DNA of 64,000 bases from Oculatellaceae cyanobacterium bins.114 (lineage in GTDB: Bacteria; Cyanobacteriota; Cyanobacteriia; Elainellales; Elainellaceae), in the NCBI GenBank assembly GCA_033764315.1, contig JANRJA010000242.1:1-64000 (forward strand). Reading direction: 5' to 3'. Position 1 is the stretch's first letter. Each line of letters starts with the position of its first letter. Shown here in pieces: positions 47,964-59,566 of the stretch. The position numbers were made by a program, and so were the translations under genes. The notes under the pieces are model-generated. The model searched no databases. It had not been told where the DNA came from and worked only from the letters and a program-made list of their open reading frames with translations.

Positions 47964-49250
47964 CTATTCACGACTAATTGGAACATGAATCATAAATTCT
48001 GAACCTCCACTAGAGCGAGGTTGGTAACTCAAATGCCCTTTGTGCAGTTTGGTAATAATCTGATAACTGGTAAACAACCCTAAACCAACCCCTTGTCCAA
48101 TGGGTTTAGTTGTGAAAAACGGTTCAAACAAATGACTCTCGTCTGCCTGTGAAATTCCCACCCCATTATCTTTAATACACAGTTGAATTTCATTTTTATC
48201 AGTCAACAACGTATCAATCCAAATCATCGGTTGAAATGACTTCTGCACCCTTTGATTTGTTTTTAATGCCAATGCATCGATCGCATTTTGCAATAAATTG
48301 AGTAAAGCTTGATTGAACAAACTAGCATGACCTAAAAAGAGTGGAATTTCTTTATAGTTCTTGAAAACTCTAATCTCAACCAAACCATCTTCTAATTGCA
48401 ATTGATATTGCAAAAGTGTCAAAACACTATCAACACTCTCACACACATTTATAGGCTTAATTCCTGATTCATCTAACCGTGAAAAGATCCGCAACGCATC
48501 AACCACTGAGCGAATGCGATCGGCACCTGTTTGAATCGATTGCAGCAGTTTTATAAAGTCTGGAACTAGAAAATCTAAATCAATATCTTCTATAAAATCT
48601 TTGATTTCAGGAGACGCATCTGGAAAATGTTTTTGATAGAGTCTAATTAAGGTAACGAGTTTTTGATTGTAATCAGCCGCTGGAACCAAGTTACACACAA
48701 TAAAGCTGAGAGGATTATTGATTTCATGAAAAATTCCGGCTGCAATCCGATTGGCGTTCACCAATTTCTCTTTTTGCACTAACTCCGCTTGAGTATTTTG
48801 TAGAGTCAACAACATCTCTTGTAACTGCTCGTTGCGAGTTTTTAGCTCTTTTTGTAAATTTTGCACCATGAGTTGAGTTTGCACTCTTGCCAACACCTCT
48901 TCTAGCTGAAAAGGTTTGGTAATGTAGTCAATTCCCCCAACCTGAAATGCCCGCATCTTATCTGCGATGTCATTACCAGCACTCAAAAAAATCACAGGAA
49001 TTGAACAAGTTTTAGGGTCACTTTTTAAGTATTCACACACCTCATATCCACCCATTCCTGGCATATTTACATCTAACAAAATGAGATCAGGAGGCAAAAC
49101 CTGAGCTGCCATTAAAGCAGCTTGACCATTAACCGCTTTGCGAACTTGATAATTTTGTTTTGATAAAAAATCAGACAGAAAACGGATGTTCTCAAGCTTG
49201 TCATCAACAATGAGAATATCTGCTAGAGATGTATCGTTTTCTAAGCACAT
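47964..49250 (-). CDS. Hybrid receiver-histidine kinase
   Basis: ILIVDD..LILLDVNMP..KPF; HEINNPL; NLLQNAIDA, DNGVG, FEPFFTTK, GVGLGL. Confidence 0.93.
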   Translation of the reverse strand: MCLENDTSLADILIVDDKLENIRFLSDFLSKQNYQVRKAVNGQAALMAAQVLPPDLILLDVNMPGMGGYEVCEYLKSDPKTCSIPVIFLSAGNDIADKMRAFQVGGIDYITKPFQLEEVLARVQTQLMVQNLQKELKTRNEQLQEMLLTLQNTQAELVQKEKLVNANRIAAGIFHEINNPLSFIVCNLVPAADYNQKLVTLIRLYQKHFPDASPEIKDFIEDIDLDFLVPDFIKLLQSIQTGADRIRSVVDALRIFSRLDESGIKPINVCESVDSVLTLLQYQLQLEDGLVEIRVFKNYKEIPLFLGHASLFNQALLNLLQNAIDALALKTNQRVQKSFQPMIWIDTLLTDKNEIQLCIKDNGVGISQADESHLFEPFFTTKPIGQGVGLGLFTSYQIITKLHKGHLSYQPRSSGGSEFMIHVPISRE

Positions 49251-49663
49251 ATCTATATCATTTAATACTTATTTGTGGATTTTTAATTAAAGCAATTCAA
49301 ACTAATTGGGTGGGTATTATTAACTATAAGATGCGTTTCGACTCCCATTCGGCTCGCTCAGGACAAGTCACTCAACGTTCTAAATCTCTTTGGCAGCCGA
49401 TTTCAACTCCGCTCAACCCGAAATCTCAATTGAGTTTAATAAGGTTCTCCTACTGAATTGGATAAATATAGCAACAGTCCTGCTGGTTAGAACAGGGCAT
49501 TGAGGTGAAACCCTTAATGGGGGACACTCTCTTTACACTTTTTTCCAATCCATCCTCTTCAGCGATAGGGCACCAGTTCTATAATTCCCTCACCAGTGTT
49601 AAATTAACTCAGGGCTTGAGTAACGAGTGATCAGGTCTGCCTTGATGGCTCATCCTGTTATTT

Positions 49664-52600
49664 TTAGAGATCGTTTGAATAACTGGGTTGAGTCAGGGTT
49701 AGCAGTTGGTCAAATTGATAGTTTTCAACTAGCTGGGTGAGGATTGCAATCAACGCTGCGTGCTCACGTGGAATTTGGGCAATCAGTTTGAGACTGAGAG
49801 AATCACTACCCTGGGCGATCGCCAAGTGAAATTGATTGAGCCACGCGGTTGGCATGAATGCCAGTGCACCTGCCTTGAGAGCAGCAGCAGATCCTGTGGG
49901 CACCGCAAGTGTATTCATCACCGAGGGTTGCTGGATGAACTGAACTCCCAACTGTTCTGATAGAGCTTTAAAGATGGTCTCTCGTCGAAACGGCTTACTG
50001 ATAAACGTGTCACATCCTGCCGTTAAACTATCTTGTCGCTGTTCTGCAAAGGCACTGGCAGTCAAAGCGACAATCTTAGTGAGGTGAGCATTAGACCCTT
50101 GTATGGCGTGATTTGCTGCTTCTTTTGCTCGAATCTGTCGAGTGGCCTCATATCCATCGACAATCGGCATGTGCATATCCATAAAGACTAAGTGGGGTTG
50201 CCATTGCTCCCAGAGGGCGATCGCCACCTGACCATTCGTGGCTTCTTGAACCTCAAGGCCCAAATAGCTTAGAAGTTTGTTCAACAACAGCCGATTATCC
50301 ACGTTGTCTTCTACCACTAAAATGCGGTAATGGGCATATTCAGGAGCAACACTGATGACCTGCTCAACAGACATCGCCGTTGCAGGTAAAGGGGTTTTGA
50401 CCAAACCTGCATCAATCAAAAAGCTAAAGCAACTCCCCCGTCCTAGTGTGCTGCGGACGGTGATTTCACCGCCCATCAAATGCACAAACCCCTGGCTAAT
50501 TCGCAATCCTAATCCAGTTCCTTCTTGAGATTGCTGCCCTGAGCGAGTTTGTTGAAACGCTTGAAAGAGATGGTTAAGTTCATTCACGGCAATCCCCACA
50601 CCCGTGTCTTCAATTTCAAACATCAGTTGGCAAGGAGCCAACGCTTTAGGAATACCTGACTTAGCAGATCCGGGTAAAAACGATGCTTCTCGTCCTACGC
50701 TGACTCGCAAGGTGACACTGCCCTGCTCGGTAAATTTAATGGCATTTCCCAACAGGTTGATGAGCACCTGACGCAATTTATTCTCGTCTGTTTTGATGTA
50801 TTTAGGAACATTGGGAGCACAGTTAAAGCTGAGCTGTAGACCTTTAGATTGGGCTTTTAGTTGCAGCATCGATTCCAGTCCACGCAGCAAGTTATGTAAG
50901 TCAAACTCTGTTTCATGGAGTTTTGATTGACCTGCCTCAATCTTGGATAGCTCCAACACATCGCTAATTAAGCTCAGCAAATGCTCACCACTCTGATTGA
51001 TGATCTCGATATAGCGTTGATGATTGCCCGTAAGGGACGAATCTTGCTGCATCAACTGAGTAAAACCTAGAATAGCGTTGAGAGGCGTACGGAGTTCATG
51101 ACTCATATTTGCCAAAAACTCACTCTTCGCCCGATTGGCTGCATCAGCGGATTCTTTTGCGTGTTGCAGTTCTTTGGCTTGCTGTTGAGTTTGAGCTAAC
51201 AACTCGGCTTGTTGCACCGCTATGCCCAATTGATTGCCAATTTGGGTGACAATTTGAATTTCTGTCTCTTGCCACGATCGCGGCCCATCACTTTGATAGC
51301 TAGATAACAAACCCCAAAGTTTGTTGCCACAAAAGATAGGAGTCGTGACATAAGCGCGGGCTTGCAATTGTTCTAATAGATCCAAATAACAGCGATCAAA
51401 CCCCGCCTCATAAATATCTGTGATACAGCAATACGTGTTTTTTTGACGATAAATACCACCCTTCTGCTCTTGCAAATAGGTGTCTTTAATTAAAACTTCT
51501 GAGCTATTGAGTTGAGGGATGAGGCAATCAGGTTGATCGATCGCAACTTGAGTCAACTGAGTGTGGCTGGCTTGCTCTAACAACAACTGACGCCAACCCT
51601 CTGCGACCGATTCGGCGATAATCTCACCACTCCAATCGGGTTTAAATTGATAAATCAAGACCCGATCACAAGCGATCGCCTGACGCAATTCAGCAGTTGT
51701 CACTTTAAAGATCGACTCTAGATCCAGGGTCTGTCGCATTTGCAACACTACCCGATTAATAGCCTGTTCTCGCTCCGCCATGATCCGCAGAGCCGCTTCC
51801 GCTAAAGTTCTCTCTCGAATCTCAGTTTGCAGAGCCGCATTAGTTGCTACTAGCTCAGTTGTCCGCTCTTCTACCCGAAACTCTAATTGCTCATAGGCCC
51901 GACGTTTTTCATCCTCTGCCCATTTGCGTTGTAACTCTGTGGTAGCTCTGGCTGCAAACACACTCATCAGGGTCTTGGTGCGAAGATTTGATTGAAATGG
52001 CTTGACGTCTATCATGGCGAGTGTGCCAATCACCTCGTGATCAGCATCTAACAAGGGCACCCCCATATAACTTTCAGCATTAATTACTTTAAAAATTGAC
52101 GCATCTGGAAACTGTTGCTGTAAACCGCTAGCACACTCAATCAACACCTGCTGTTGAATGATCTGTTCACAGGCGGTGTCTGCGACCTCATAGACAAAAT
52201 TGTCCGCCAAGTGATCAACCGACCAAAACGCAAGGGTTTGCAACTTGTCAGAGGCAGAGTTCTTGACCCTTTCAGACACGAGGGCATAGCCAACCCCCAA
52301 AGCATTTGCCAAATCTTTGACCAACACTGGAAAAAAGTCTTGCCCAGTGACAGAAGCAGTGCCAGTGACAATGGTTTGCAGCGTTTCTTCGGTTTGCTGT
52401 CGCTCCATGATCTGCTTTTCAAGGCTCTGATTGATCGCTTCAAGTTGCTCTGGCGATCGCATTGCCAAAAACTGCGGCAACAGTTCTGCAAGGCGCAAGG
52501 CTGTGTAGAGTGACACTAACGCCGTTGCAGCTCGCTCAACCCCTGAAACCCAATAGTTTGGATGCCACAGCGTCCAAATATCCAACACATGCCCAACCCC

Positions 52601-52825
52601 ACACAAGATGATAAATGCCCCAAACAGAGTAAAAACATTTGAAAAGGGAACATCTCTTCGTTGGCGAACGAAATAGATGAGCATGGTGGGAATGGAGAAA
52701 TAGGCGATCGCAATCAAGGCATCACTGACCAGATGCAACATCACGAGGGGAGTTTGCCAAAGATAGCAGTGCCCATGAGGAATATAAGGGTTTAGCAATG
52801 AAAGAGCCTGGAGCAGTGTGAACAT
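49664..52825 (-). CDS. Hybrid sensor kinase: ethylene-binding-type transmembrane domain, GAF, cyanobacteriochrome GAF, HisKA/HATPase, receiver
   Basis: [13 protein letters not shown] and [15 protein letters not shown]...[44 protein letters not shown]. Confidence 0.9.
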   Translation of the reverse strand: MFTLLQALSLLNPYIPHGHCYLWQTPLVMLHLVSDALIAIAYFSIPTMLIYFVRQRRDVPFSNVFTLFGAFIILCGVGHVLDIWTLWHPNYWVSGVERAATALVSLYTALRLAELLPQFLAMRSPEQLEAINQSLEKQIMERQQTEETLQTIVTGTASVTGQDFFPVLVKDLANALGVGYALVSERVKNSASDKLQTLAFWSVDHLADNFVYEVADTACEQIIQQQVLIECASGLQQQFPDASIFKVINAESYMGVPLLDADHEVIGTLAMIDVKPFQSNLRTKTLMSVFAARATTELQRKWAEDEKRRAYEQLEFRVEERTTELVATNAALQTEIRERTLAEAALRIMAEREQAINRVVLQMRQTLDLESIFKVTTAELRQAIACDRVLIYQFKPDWSGEIIAESVAEGWRQLLLEQASHTQLTQVAIDQPDCLIPQLNSSEVLIKDTYLQEQKGGIYRQKNTYCCITDIYEAGFDRCYLDLLEQLQARAYVTTPIFCGNKLWGLLSSYQSDGPRSWQETEIQIVTQIGNQLGIAVQQAELLAQTQQQAKELQHAKESADAANRAKSEFLANMSHELRTPLNAILGFTQLMQQDSSLTGNHQRYIEIINQSGEHLLSLISDVLELSKIEAGQSKLHETEFDLHNLLRGLESMLQLKAQSKGLQLSFNCAPNVPKYIKTDENKLRQVLINLLGNAIKFTEQGSVTLRVSVGREASFLPGSAKSGIPKALAPCQLMFEIEDTGVGIAVNELNHLFQAFQQTRSGQQSQEGTGLGLRISQGFVHLMGGEITVRSTLGRGSCFSFLIDAGLVKTPLPATAMSVEQVISVAPEYAHYRILVVEDNVDNRLLLNKLLSYLGLEVQEATNGQVAIALWEQWQPHLVFMDMHMPIVDGYEATRQIRAKEAANHAIQGSNAHLTKIVALTASAFAEQRQDSLTAGCDTFISKPFRRETIFKALSEQLGVQFIQQPSVMNTLAVPTGSAAALKAGALAFMPTAWLNQFHLAIAQGSDSLSLKLIAQIPREHAALIAILTQLVENYQFDQLLTLTQPSYSNDL

Positions 52826-53586
52826 TACATCTAGGGAAGGTAGAAATCACATCTAGAAACGTTACAAATCTTGGAAGGGGAAATGCTTGTATGCAGTTTT
52901 TCAGGAGGTAGATTTACTGCGCTCATGGATCAGGCTTATAACCGTCAGTCAGGCAACTGTCACAAAAGCGGCCTTAAATCAGGGTGTCTCGAATTGAAAT
53001 AAGCTATTCGCATCTCATTCGCTTCAAACCTGAGCGGAGCAACCTGATCAACTTTCCATGCTTTAAAGCCTTATAAAATCAGGCTAAAACAAAAGGGTGT
53101 GGAAGCTGTGCCCCCAACCAACGATTAAATCCATACATCCCATCCTCATCTCAATTCATGCTGCTATGCATAGAAAAAGGAGGGAGAAAAGAATAAATAT
53201 TTACGCCGATAAGGTCAGTTGCACTTAGCTGGGTTAATGCAGATTAAAGTATGAGTGCAAGTTACCCTGTTATCAACTGATCCCTACATTACAAGTGTCG
53301 ATAGGTACTGGGCGTTTGTAAGCTTGAGTGATGCAAGGCTCAAACTAGAGGGAGAAACTCCTTTTGCACTTTTTCAAATTCAAACCTCAGCGCACCCCTC
53401 GCTGTATTAATTGTATTTAAGTCTTACATAGAATTAAAAGACATACCACCAAAGATGGATTTTAAGCTCGTAACTTAAACAGAGAGGGTTTTTAACGAGC
53501 ATCGCAGAGGTCTAAAAGGGCAAAGCAAGGGTTAGTTTTACTCTCACTAATCAATTTCTTGCAACCTCTCAGATTTGGTTTGCCCC

Positions 53587-54348
53587 TTACTCCTCAATCC
53601 GAACTTCAATCTTCATGCGTTGCAACTTTTCTACTGCCCATTGATCAAAGAGTTCGGTTTGCAGCGTTTGTTGAATTTGAGGATCATCCAGTGAGGCAGG
53701 CAGCGATCGCTCATAGCGAAACAGGTTCCAAACTCCATCCAATTCTAACGGCCCCAACAGATCACCCAGATTGGCCAGGTCAATGAGCGATCGCAAGTTA
53801 TCGGGCAACTCTCCTCGACTCACCAGACCCATCATGCCGTTAAAGATATTATCCTCGGCGGTTGAATACTCACTAGCAAGCTGCTCAAAACTAGCTCCTT
53901 CTTCGATCTGATGCTTTAACTCTTCTGCTAACTCTGGAGAGGCCACAGCAATGCGCGACAAAACAACCTGATCAAGATAGAGCTTGCGTTCGATAAAGTA
54001 TTCTTGCAGTCTGGGTTGCACCACTTGAGTTCTCAACTGCCCCAGTCGCAAATCTTGCTGAATTCGGTGTCTGAATTGAGTTTCATCAAACCCTTGCTCT
54101 GTCAGCCATGCTTGAAACTGAGCCGGGGTAGCCAGTTGATTTTGCAGCCGAAACTCTGCTGCGACTTGCTCAACGGTTGCCGGGGTTACGTCTAAATCGG
54201 TGCGGTTTTGTAGTTCTTGTTCAACCACATATTGACGCAAGATCGCTCCAATAAAACCATCCATCTTGCCCGTTATTTGAAGGTATTGCAGGGCTTTTGA
54301 GACTGGGATGGGTTGATCATCCACAAACAAGAATGTATTAGATGCCAT
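53587..54348 (-). CDS. Parvulin/PpiC-type peptidyl-prolyl isomerase-like protein
   Basis: YFIERK..LDQVVLSRI, GASFEQLASEYS, GMMGLVSRGELP. Confidence 0.8.
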   Translation of the reverse strand: MASNTFLFVDDQPIPVSKALQYLQITGKMDGFIGAILRQYVVEQELQNRTDLDVTPATVEQVAAEFRLQNQLATPAQFQAWLTEQGFDETQFRHRIQQDLRLGQLRTQVVQPRLQEYFIERKLYLDQVVLSRIAVASPELAEELKHQIEEGASFEQLASEYSTAEDNIFNGMMGLVSRGELPDNLRSLIDLANLGDLLGPLELDGVWNLFRYERSLPASLDDPQIQQTLQTELFDQWAVEKLQRMKIEVRIEE

Positions 54349-54353
54349 TTGCT

Positions 54354-55253
54354 TTACCCTAGTTCAGCCAAGATTTGACTGGCAGTCTGACACAATTCCT
54401 GATGATATTTGCCGTTGCTAGCAATCAAACATCCCCACTGGTTGACATCACCCGTGTTGTATTGCAAAGGAGTGCCATCAGCGTGGGTAAAGGCTCCGCC
54501 TGCCTCAGTCAAGATTAGCTCTGGAGCTGCCATATCCCAATCTTTGGGGGCTGATTTGCCTGAGAGAGAGAGATAAACATCAGCACGTTGATCGACGATC
54601 GCCGCGATTTTGCCACCGACACTGCCGACAAACAACTGGTTTTGACAGGGTAATTGCTTCAACAGGGCATTAAACCGATCATCCCGATGGGTGCGACTCG
54701 CCACAACCACTAGATCGGCAGGGTTCTCTCGATCTGACACGTAGATTTGTTTTACAACCCCATCGGGTGTTTCAACAAAGGCACCTCCACCCAATGTCGC
54801 GTAATAGAGTTTGTCTAACTCAGGGCAAGCAACGACCGTGAGTACCGGACGCCCATGATGCGTTAGAGCCAGGTGAAAGGCATATTCTCCGGTTTTATCA
54901 ATAAAGTCACGGGTGCCATCGAGCGGGTCAAGAATCCACACCCAATCATGGGCGATCGCCGCAGACTTAGCTTTATAGGTTTCCTCACTGAGATAGCCAA
55001 AGGCATCCCCCAAGATGGCGTGTAATTTGTCGAGAACATAGCGGTTGACAGCTAAATCAGCAGCGGTGACAGGCCCATCTTTTTTGTCTTGTCCTTCAGC
55101 TTCAACTTGGGCAGTGTTTTGCCACGGCTCCCCCCGATAGTATGACCGCAAAATTTTAGCAGCACCCCACCCCAATGACCGGGCGATCGCCAAAATATCC
55201 TCGACTGGCGTGCCAATAATGGTTTGCAACGTTTCCACTCTGACTATCCTCAA
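54354..55253 (-). CDS. cysQ: CysQ/inositol monophosphatase family protein
   Basis: PVTAADLA, LSEE, WILDPLDGTRDF, KDWDMAAP. Confidence 0.85.
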   Translation of the reverse strand: MRIVRVETLQTIIGTPVEDILAIARSLGWGAAKILRSYYRGEPWQNTAQVEAEGQDKKDGPVTAADLAVNRYVLDKLHAILGDAFGYLSEETYKAKSAAIAHDWVWILDPLDGTRDFIDKTGEYAFHLALTHHGRPVLTVVACPELDKLYYATLGGGAFVETPDGVVKQIYVSDRENPADLVVVASRTHRDDRFNALLKQLPCQNQLFVGSVGGKIAAIVDQRADVYLSLSGKSAPKDWDMAAPELILTEAGGAFTHADGTPLQYNTGDVNQWGCLIASNGKYHQELCQTASQILAELG

Positions 55254-55299
55254 CCGCTAAACAATTAGCCTAATTCACCAGCAATTATAGGAGAGATCG

Positions 55300-55395
55300 T
55301 AGATCGTAGTAGTAGTAGAGACGCGATTAATCGCGTCTCTACTACTACTACGATCTATTGCGTCTCTACGATCTATCGCGTCTCTACGATTCACG
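55300..55395. repeat. Perfect 58-bp palindrome (55300-55357) plus partial tandem copies, built on GTAGAGACGCGATTAATCGCGTCTCTAC
   Basis: TAGATCGTAGTAGTAGTAGAGACGCGATT/AATCGCGTCTCTACTACTACTACGATCTA with no loop. Confidence 0.9.
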
Positions 55396-55398
55396 CTA

Positions 55399-56301
55399 TC
55401 ACCCCTCTACCATCCAACCGCGGGTGCCAAAGTGCTGACAGGCTTGAGCGGCAACGGTAGCTGCCTGAGATAGTGCTTCTGCAAAGGGCGATCGCCCTAT
55501 GTAATAGCAAAACGCCCCATGAAAGATGTCACCTGCACCCAGCGTATCAACGGCTTGAATTGGGGGAACGGGCAGTTCGATCAGATCAGCATGAAGGGAT
55601 GGGGAATAGCGAATGGGTTGCTCTCCGTGGGTGATGGCGATCTGGGGAATGCCCAAAGCTTTGAGGTAAGCAACCACATCGGTTTCGGTAGTGCAACCAG
55701 GAGGATAAAAGTTAGCGGAACAAATGGCGTAGTCTGTCGAACGCAAGACTTGCTCAAATCCAGGCTTCCAACTGCCACCATCCACCACAACAGGAATGTC
55801 ATTGGCTCTGGCGTGTTGGGCGATCGCCACTCCTACGTTCATCTGATGTCCATCGATCAATACAACGTCAAAGGTTTTGTGAGTTATCGCTGTCCAAATG
55901 GAGACGGGAATTGCCTCAACCTCCACCTGTTGCTTGACTGCGTTCAGGGAAACGACCGACCGTTCTCCTGTCGCCTGAGTCACCAGAATGGATGAAACAG
56001 GGGGAACGGAAGCTCGCTCTGGCACTAGATCGGCGATCGCCACTCCTTCAGATTCCACATCGGCCCGAATCAGGTGACTGATAGGATGCACTCCCAATGC
56101 GGTTAACAGAGTTGTGCAATTGCCCCTCTCTGGATCAGATCGACTCAAATAAGCAAATGTCACAGCGGCATTGGTCGCAGGCCCTCCTGCTGCCACAACC
56201 GAGTCGAGGGCAACGATCTTTTGGTTAGAGGTTGGCACCTGTTCTACTCGATAAATTAGATCCAGGGTTGTGATTCCAACAAATAATCCACTCCGTGTCA
56301 T
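55399..56301 (-). CDS. PfkB-family sugar kinase
   Basis: GGPATNAA, VDGGSWK, VDTLGAGDIFHGAF; the ATG at 56301 avoids overlap with rsmI. Confidence 0.9.
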   Translation of the reverse strand: MTRSGLFVGITTLDLIYRVEQVPTSNQKIVALDSVVAAGGPATNAAVTFAYLSRSDPERGNCTTLLTALGVHPISHLIRADVESEGVAIADLVPERASVPPVSSILVTQATGERSVVSLNAVKQQVEVEAIPVSIWTAITHKTFDVVLIDGHQMNVGVAIAQHARANDIPVVVDGGSWKPGFEQVLRSTDYAICSANFYPPGCTTETDVVAYLKALGIPQIAITHGEQPIRYSPSLHADLIELPVPPIQAVDTLGAGDIFHGAFCYYIGRSPFAEALSQAATVAAQACQHFGTRGWMVEG

Positions 56302-56346
56302 ACTTTGGCGTGTATCATGCCTTGAATTTGAGTAATCTGATAGGTA

Positions 56347-57213
56347 ATGGACGTTAAATCCGGTACTCTCTACGTCGTCGCCACCCCCATTGGCAACCTG
56401 GAAGACATGACCTTTCGGGCGGTTTCTGTGTTGCAACAGGTGGATGCGATCGCCGCCGAAGACACCCGTCATACCGGAAAGTTGTTGCACCACTTTCAGA
56501 TTACAACCCCACAAATCAGCTATCACGAACATAATCGCACCAGTCGCCTGCCTGATCTGTTGAGCCGCTTGCAGCAAGGAAAAGCGATCGCCATTGTCAC
56601 AGATGCCGGGGTTCCCGGAATTTCTGATCCTGGCTATGACCTAGTCAAAGCTTGTGTAGAGGAAGGTATTCTCGTAGTACCCATTCCTGGAGCCAGTGCA
56701 GTGATTACAGCGTTGAGTGCAGCAGGATTGCCCACTGATCGCTTTGTGTTTGAGGGATTTTTGCCCGCCAAGGGTAACGAACGGCGCGATCGCCTGGAAG
56801 CCTTGCAAACAGAGTCGCGTACCCTCGTTCTTTATGAGTCACCCCATCGGTTGCGGCAGACGCTAGACGATTTTGCTGCGATTCTAGGAGGCGATCGCCC
56901 TATTGTGTTGGCACGAGAGTTAACAAAGCTGCATGAGGAGTTCTGGCGCGGTACTGTAGAAGAGGCGATCGCCCACTACACGACCCATGAGCCGCAGGGT
57001 GAGTTTACCATTGTGCTGACAGGGGCAGAAACCAGCCAACCCTTGCTTTCAGAAACGGCTCTCGTCAACGAATTGCAACAGTTGTTGCAGCAGGGGCTAT
57101 CGCGATCGCAGGCCAGTCGGCAATTGGCACAGCAAACCTCCCTTTCTCGTCGTCAAATTTATCAGTTGTCGCTATCGATCTCCGATGACACTATTTCTCA
57201 AATCGAATCCTAA
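56347..57213 (+). CDS. rsmI: 16S rRNA C1402 2'-O-methyltransferase
   Basis: LYVVATPIGNLEDMT.RA, AAEDTRHT, DAGVPGISDPG, YESPHRL, ARELTKLHEE. Confidence 0.96.
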   Translation: MDVKSGTLYVVATPIGNLEDMTFRAVSVLQQVDAIAAEDTRHTGKLLHHFQITTPQISYHEHNRTSRLPDLLSRLQQGKAIAIVTDAGVPGISDPGYDLVKACVEEGILVVPIPGASAVITALSAAGLPTDRFVFEGFLPAKGNERRDRLEALQTESRTLVLYESPHRLRQTLDDFAAILGGDRPIVLARELTKLHEEFWRGTVEEAIAHYTTHEPQGEFTIVLTGAETSQPLLSETALVNELQQLLQQGLSRSQASRQLAQQTSLSRRQIYQLSLSISDDTISQIES

Positions 57214-58000
57214 CTCTATTGCCTCTCAGCCCCTTAAATCTCTGGTTTTGGAAGACTTTGAGGTTCGTCAGTCTGCCAAAGTTGGAAAGTTGCAGGGCAA
57301 AACCCAGTACTTGAACCGCGCGATCGCCCTTCTAGGATTAGTCGTCATAGCCAGTTGCAATGCCGCTCCTAAGTTAGCCTCATCGCCAGAGTCGTCGCCC
57401 GCATCGCCTACAATTGAGGCAACCCCAACGACCACTCCCACCCCGACAGCCTCTCCATCTGCAACAGCCGCCAACCCCAACTTGATTTCAGAGCAGGGCA
57501 TTGGTCAGGCGCGTCTGGGCATGACTCTGGGCGCGTTAAAACAACAATTGGGCACATCGGCTGAGTTTGAGACAAAATCACCTTTTATTGTTGATTTTGA
57601 TGCGATCGCGGTTAGTCAATCCGGTGAGGTGAAATATTACATTTTGCATCTAGCCGGTCAACCGTTGGGTGATGCAGATGTGATTCAAGGGCTATTCACC
57701 GAAAACCCCGACTTTAAAACCGCAGCAGGGATAGGGCCTGGAAGCTCGCTCCAACAGGCAGAGGCCGCCTATGGCAAGGTCACTCTGTCTTATAGCACCT
57801 CAAACGAGTCTAGGGAATATGCTCGCTTTGATGATCAACCCGCTTCTAACATTTCCTTTGCGACGGGCAATGGCAACGCCGAGACGGCAGGGGTCTATCC
57901 CTCTCCCAGTGGTGAATTTAACGAAACTCAAACCTTTCGAGATGGGGCTAAAATTCAATCGGTTTTAGTGGTTTGCCTCTCCGAAAACTGTGCTCAATAG
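57185..58000 (+). CDS. Putative lipoprotein, function unknown (start uncertain)
   Basis: Lipobox-like VIASC after a hydrophobic stretch; Pro/Thr linker; ISEQGIGQARLGMT. Confidence 0.65.
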   Translation: MTLFLKSNPNSIASQPLKSLVLEDFEVRQSAKVGKLQGKTQYLNRAIALLGLVVIASCNAAPKLASSPESSPASPTIEATPTTTPTPTASPSATAANPNLISEQGIGQARLGMTLGALKQQLGTSAEFETKSPFIVDFDAIAVSQSGEVKYYILHLAGQPLGDADVIQGLFTENPDFKTAAGIGPGSSLQQAEAAYGKVTLSYSTSNESREYARFDDQPASNISFATGNGNAETAGVYPSPSGEFNETQTFRDGAKIQSVLVVCLSENCAQ

Positions 58001-58065
58001 TAAAGAGGAAAGGGGAATATCATTAACGACTGACCTTTGATCATGGCATTGGCTATCAACACTTC

Positions 58066-59484
58066 ATGAGTGAAACTCCGTCCATTCAATTTGGAACCGA
58101 TGGTTGGCGCGGCATCATTGCTGCTGATTTTACCTTTGCCAATGTCTGTCGAGTTACTCGTGCGATCGCCCATTACCTCTCCGCCACCTATCCCCTCGAT
58201 CAGCCCGTTTTAGTGGCATATGACACTCGTTTTTTGGCTGACCAGTTTGCCCAAACAGCCGCTCAGGTCTTAGCCGAGGCAGGTTGGCACGTCAAAATGG
58301 CAGATCGAGATTGCCCTACACCCGCGATCGCCTACCACGCCAAGCATCTCACATCGGCTGGAGCGTTGATGTTTACCGCCAGTCACAATCCGGCTTCTTA
58401 CTGCGGCATCAAATACATTCCTGATTATGCGGGGCCTGCGACAACCGACATTACCGATGCGATCGCCTTAGCAATTCCTCACATGTCGGCGATCGCTCCC
58501 ACAAACCCTAACCCTCATCACATCACTTCCTTTGATCCCAAACCCGATTACCTGCAATCGATCTACCAGTTTCTCGACCTCGAGCGGATTCGTCGAGCGC
58601 AACTCTCGGTCAAATATGATGCCCTCTATTCCACCTCACGCGGCTATCTTGATACAGCTCTCAAGCACTGCGAATGCACTGTGGAAGTACTGCACGCTCA
58701 CCGGGATGTGCTGTTTGGTGGGAGCATGCCTGATCCCAAAGGCGATCGCCTGAGTCAGTTAATTGCAGCCGTGCGGCGAGATGGTGCCGCTGTCGGGTTA
58801 GCCACCGATGGAGATAGCGATCGCTATGGCATCGTGGATGAGCAAGGCAATGTTCTTCCTCCCAATGCCGTGATGCTCTTGCTGGCACGACATCTGATCA
58901 AGCACAAAGGCAAAACAGGGGCGATCGTTCGTACCGTCGCCACAACTCGCCTGTTGGATACCTTTGCCCAACAACATGGGCTAGAGCTATACGAAACTCC
59001 GGTCGGCTTTAAGTACATTGGGCAAAAGATGCGGGAGATCCCAGTTCTGATTGGGGGCGAAGAATCGGGAGGATTAAGTGTCTTGGGTCATATCCCCGAA
59101 AAAGATGGAATTCTCGCCAACCTGCTGGTACTAGAGGCGATCGCTTATGAAAACAAGCCGTTGAGTCAGTTGGTAAATGACGTGATTGCCGAAGTTGGTG
59201 GCCCCTTGCTAAACCACCGTATTGACTTGCAGTTAAACCCAATCCAGCGATCGACTATTTTGCAAAGTTTTGTGCAATCCCCTCCGACCCAGATTGCAGG
59301 CATCTCCGTCAAAGCAGTGGGCTATAAGGACGGCATCAAACTTTACCTGGATAATGGAGATTGGATCTTGTTACGGTTGTCAGGCACTGAACCCCTGCTG
59401 CGCGTTTACATGGAAACAGCAACCCTCGATCAGCAAAAGCGCATCACTAAAGCTATGCAAGAGCTCATTCAAGCGATCGAGTAG
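58066..59484 (+). CDS. Phosphoglucomutase/phosphomannomutase
   Basis: FGTDGWRG, TASHNP, DGDSDR, GGEESGG, RLSGTEPLLR. Confidence 0.95.
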   Translation: MSETPSIQFGTDGWRGIIAADFTFANVCRVTRAIAHYLSATYPLDQPVLVAYDTRFLADQFAQTAAQVLAEAGWHVKMADRDCPTPAIAYHAKHLTSAGALMFTASHNPASYCGIKYIPDYAGPATTDITDAIALAIPHMSAIAPTNPNPHHITSFDPKPDYLQSIYQFLDLERIRRAQLSVKYDALYSTSRGYLDTALKHCECTVEVLHAHRDVLFGGSMPDPKGDRLSQLIAAVRRDGAAVGLATDGDSDRYGIVDEQGNVLPPNAVMLLLARHLIKHKGKTGAIVRTVATTRLLDTFAQQHGLELYETPVGFKYIGQKMREIPVLIGGEESGGLSVLGHIPEKDGILANLLVLEAIAYENKPLSQLVNDVIAEVGGPLLNHRIDLQLNPIQRSTILQSFVQSPPTQIAGISVKAVGYKDGIKLYLDNGDWILLRLSGTEPLLRVYMETATLDQQKRITKAMQELIQAIE

Positions 59485-59566
59485 CTCCCCCATTTACCAC
59501 TGAGTTAATCGTCAATTTTCAATCGCCACTATACCCTGTTTCTTGAGTCCCTTGTCTTGCGTCCTT

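Noticed and set aside
56302-56577. N-terminal extension of the PfkB kinase
   Set aside because: It overlaps rsmI on the opposite strand; the kinase fold starts at MTRSGLFVG.
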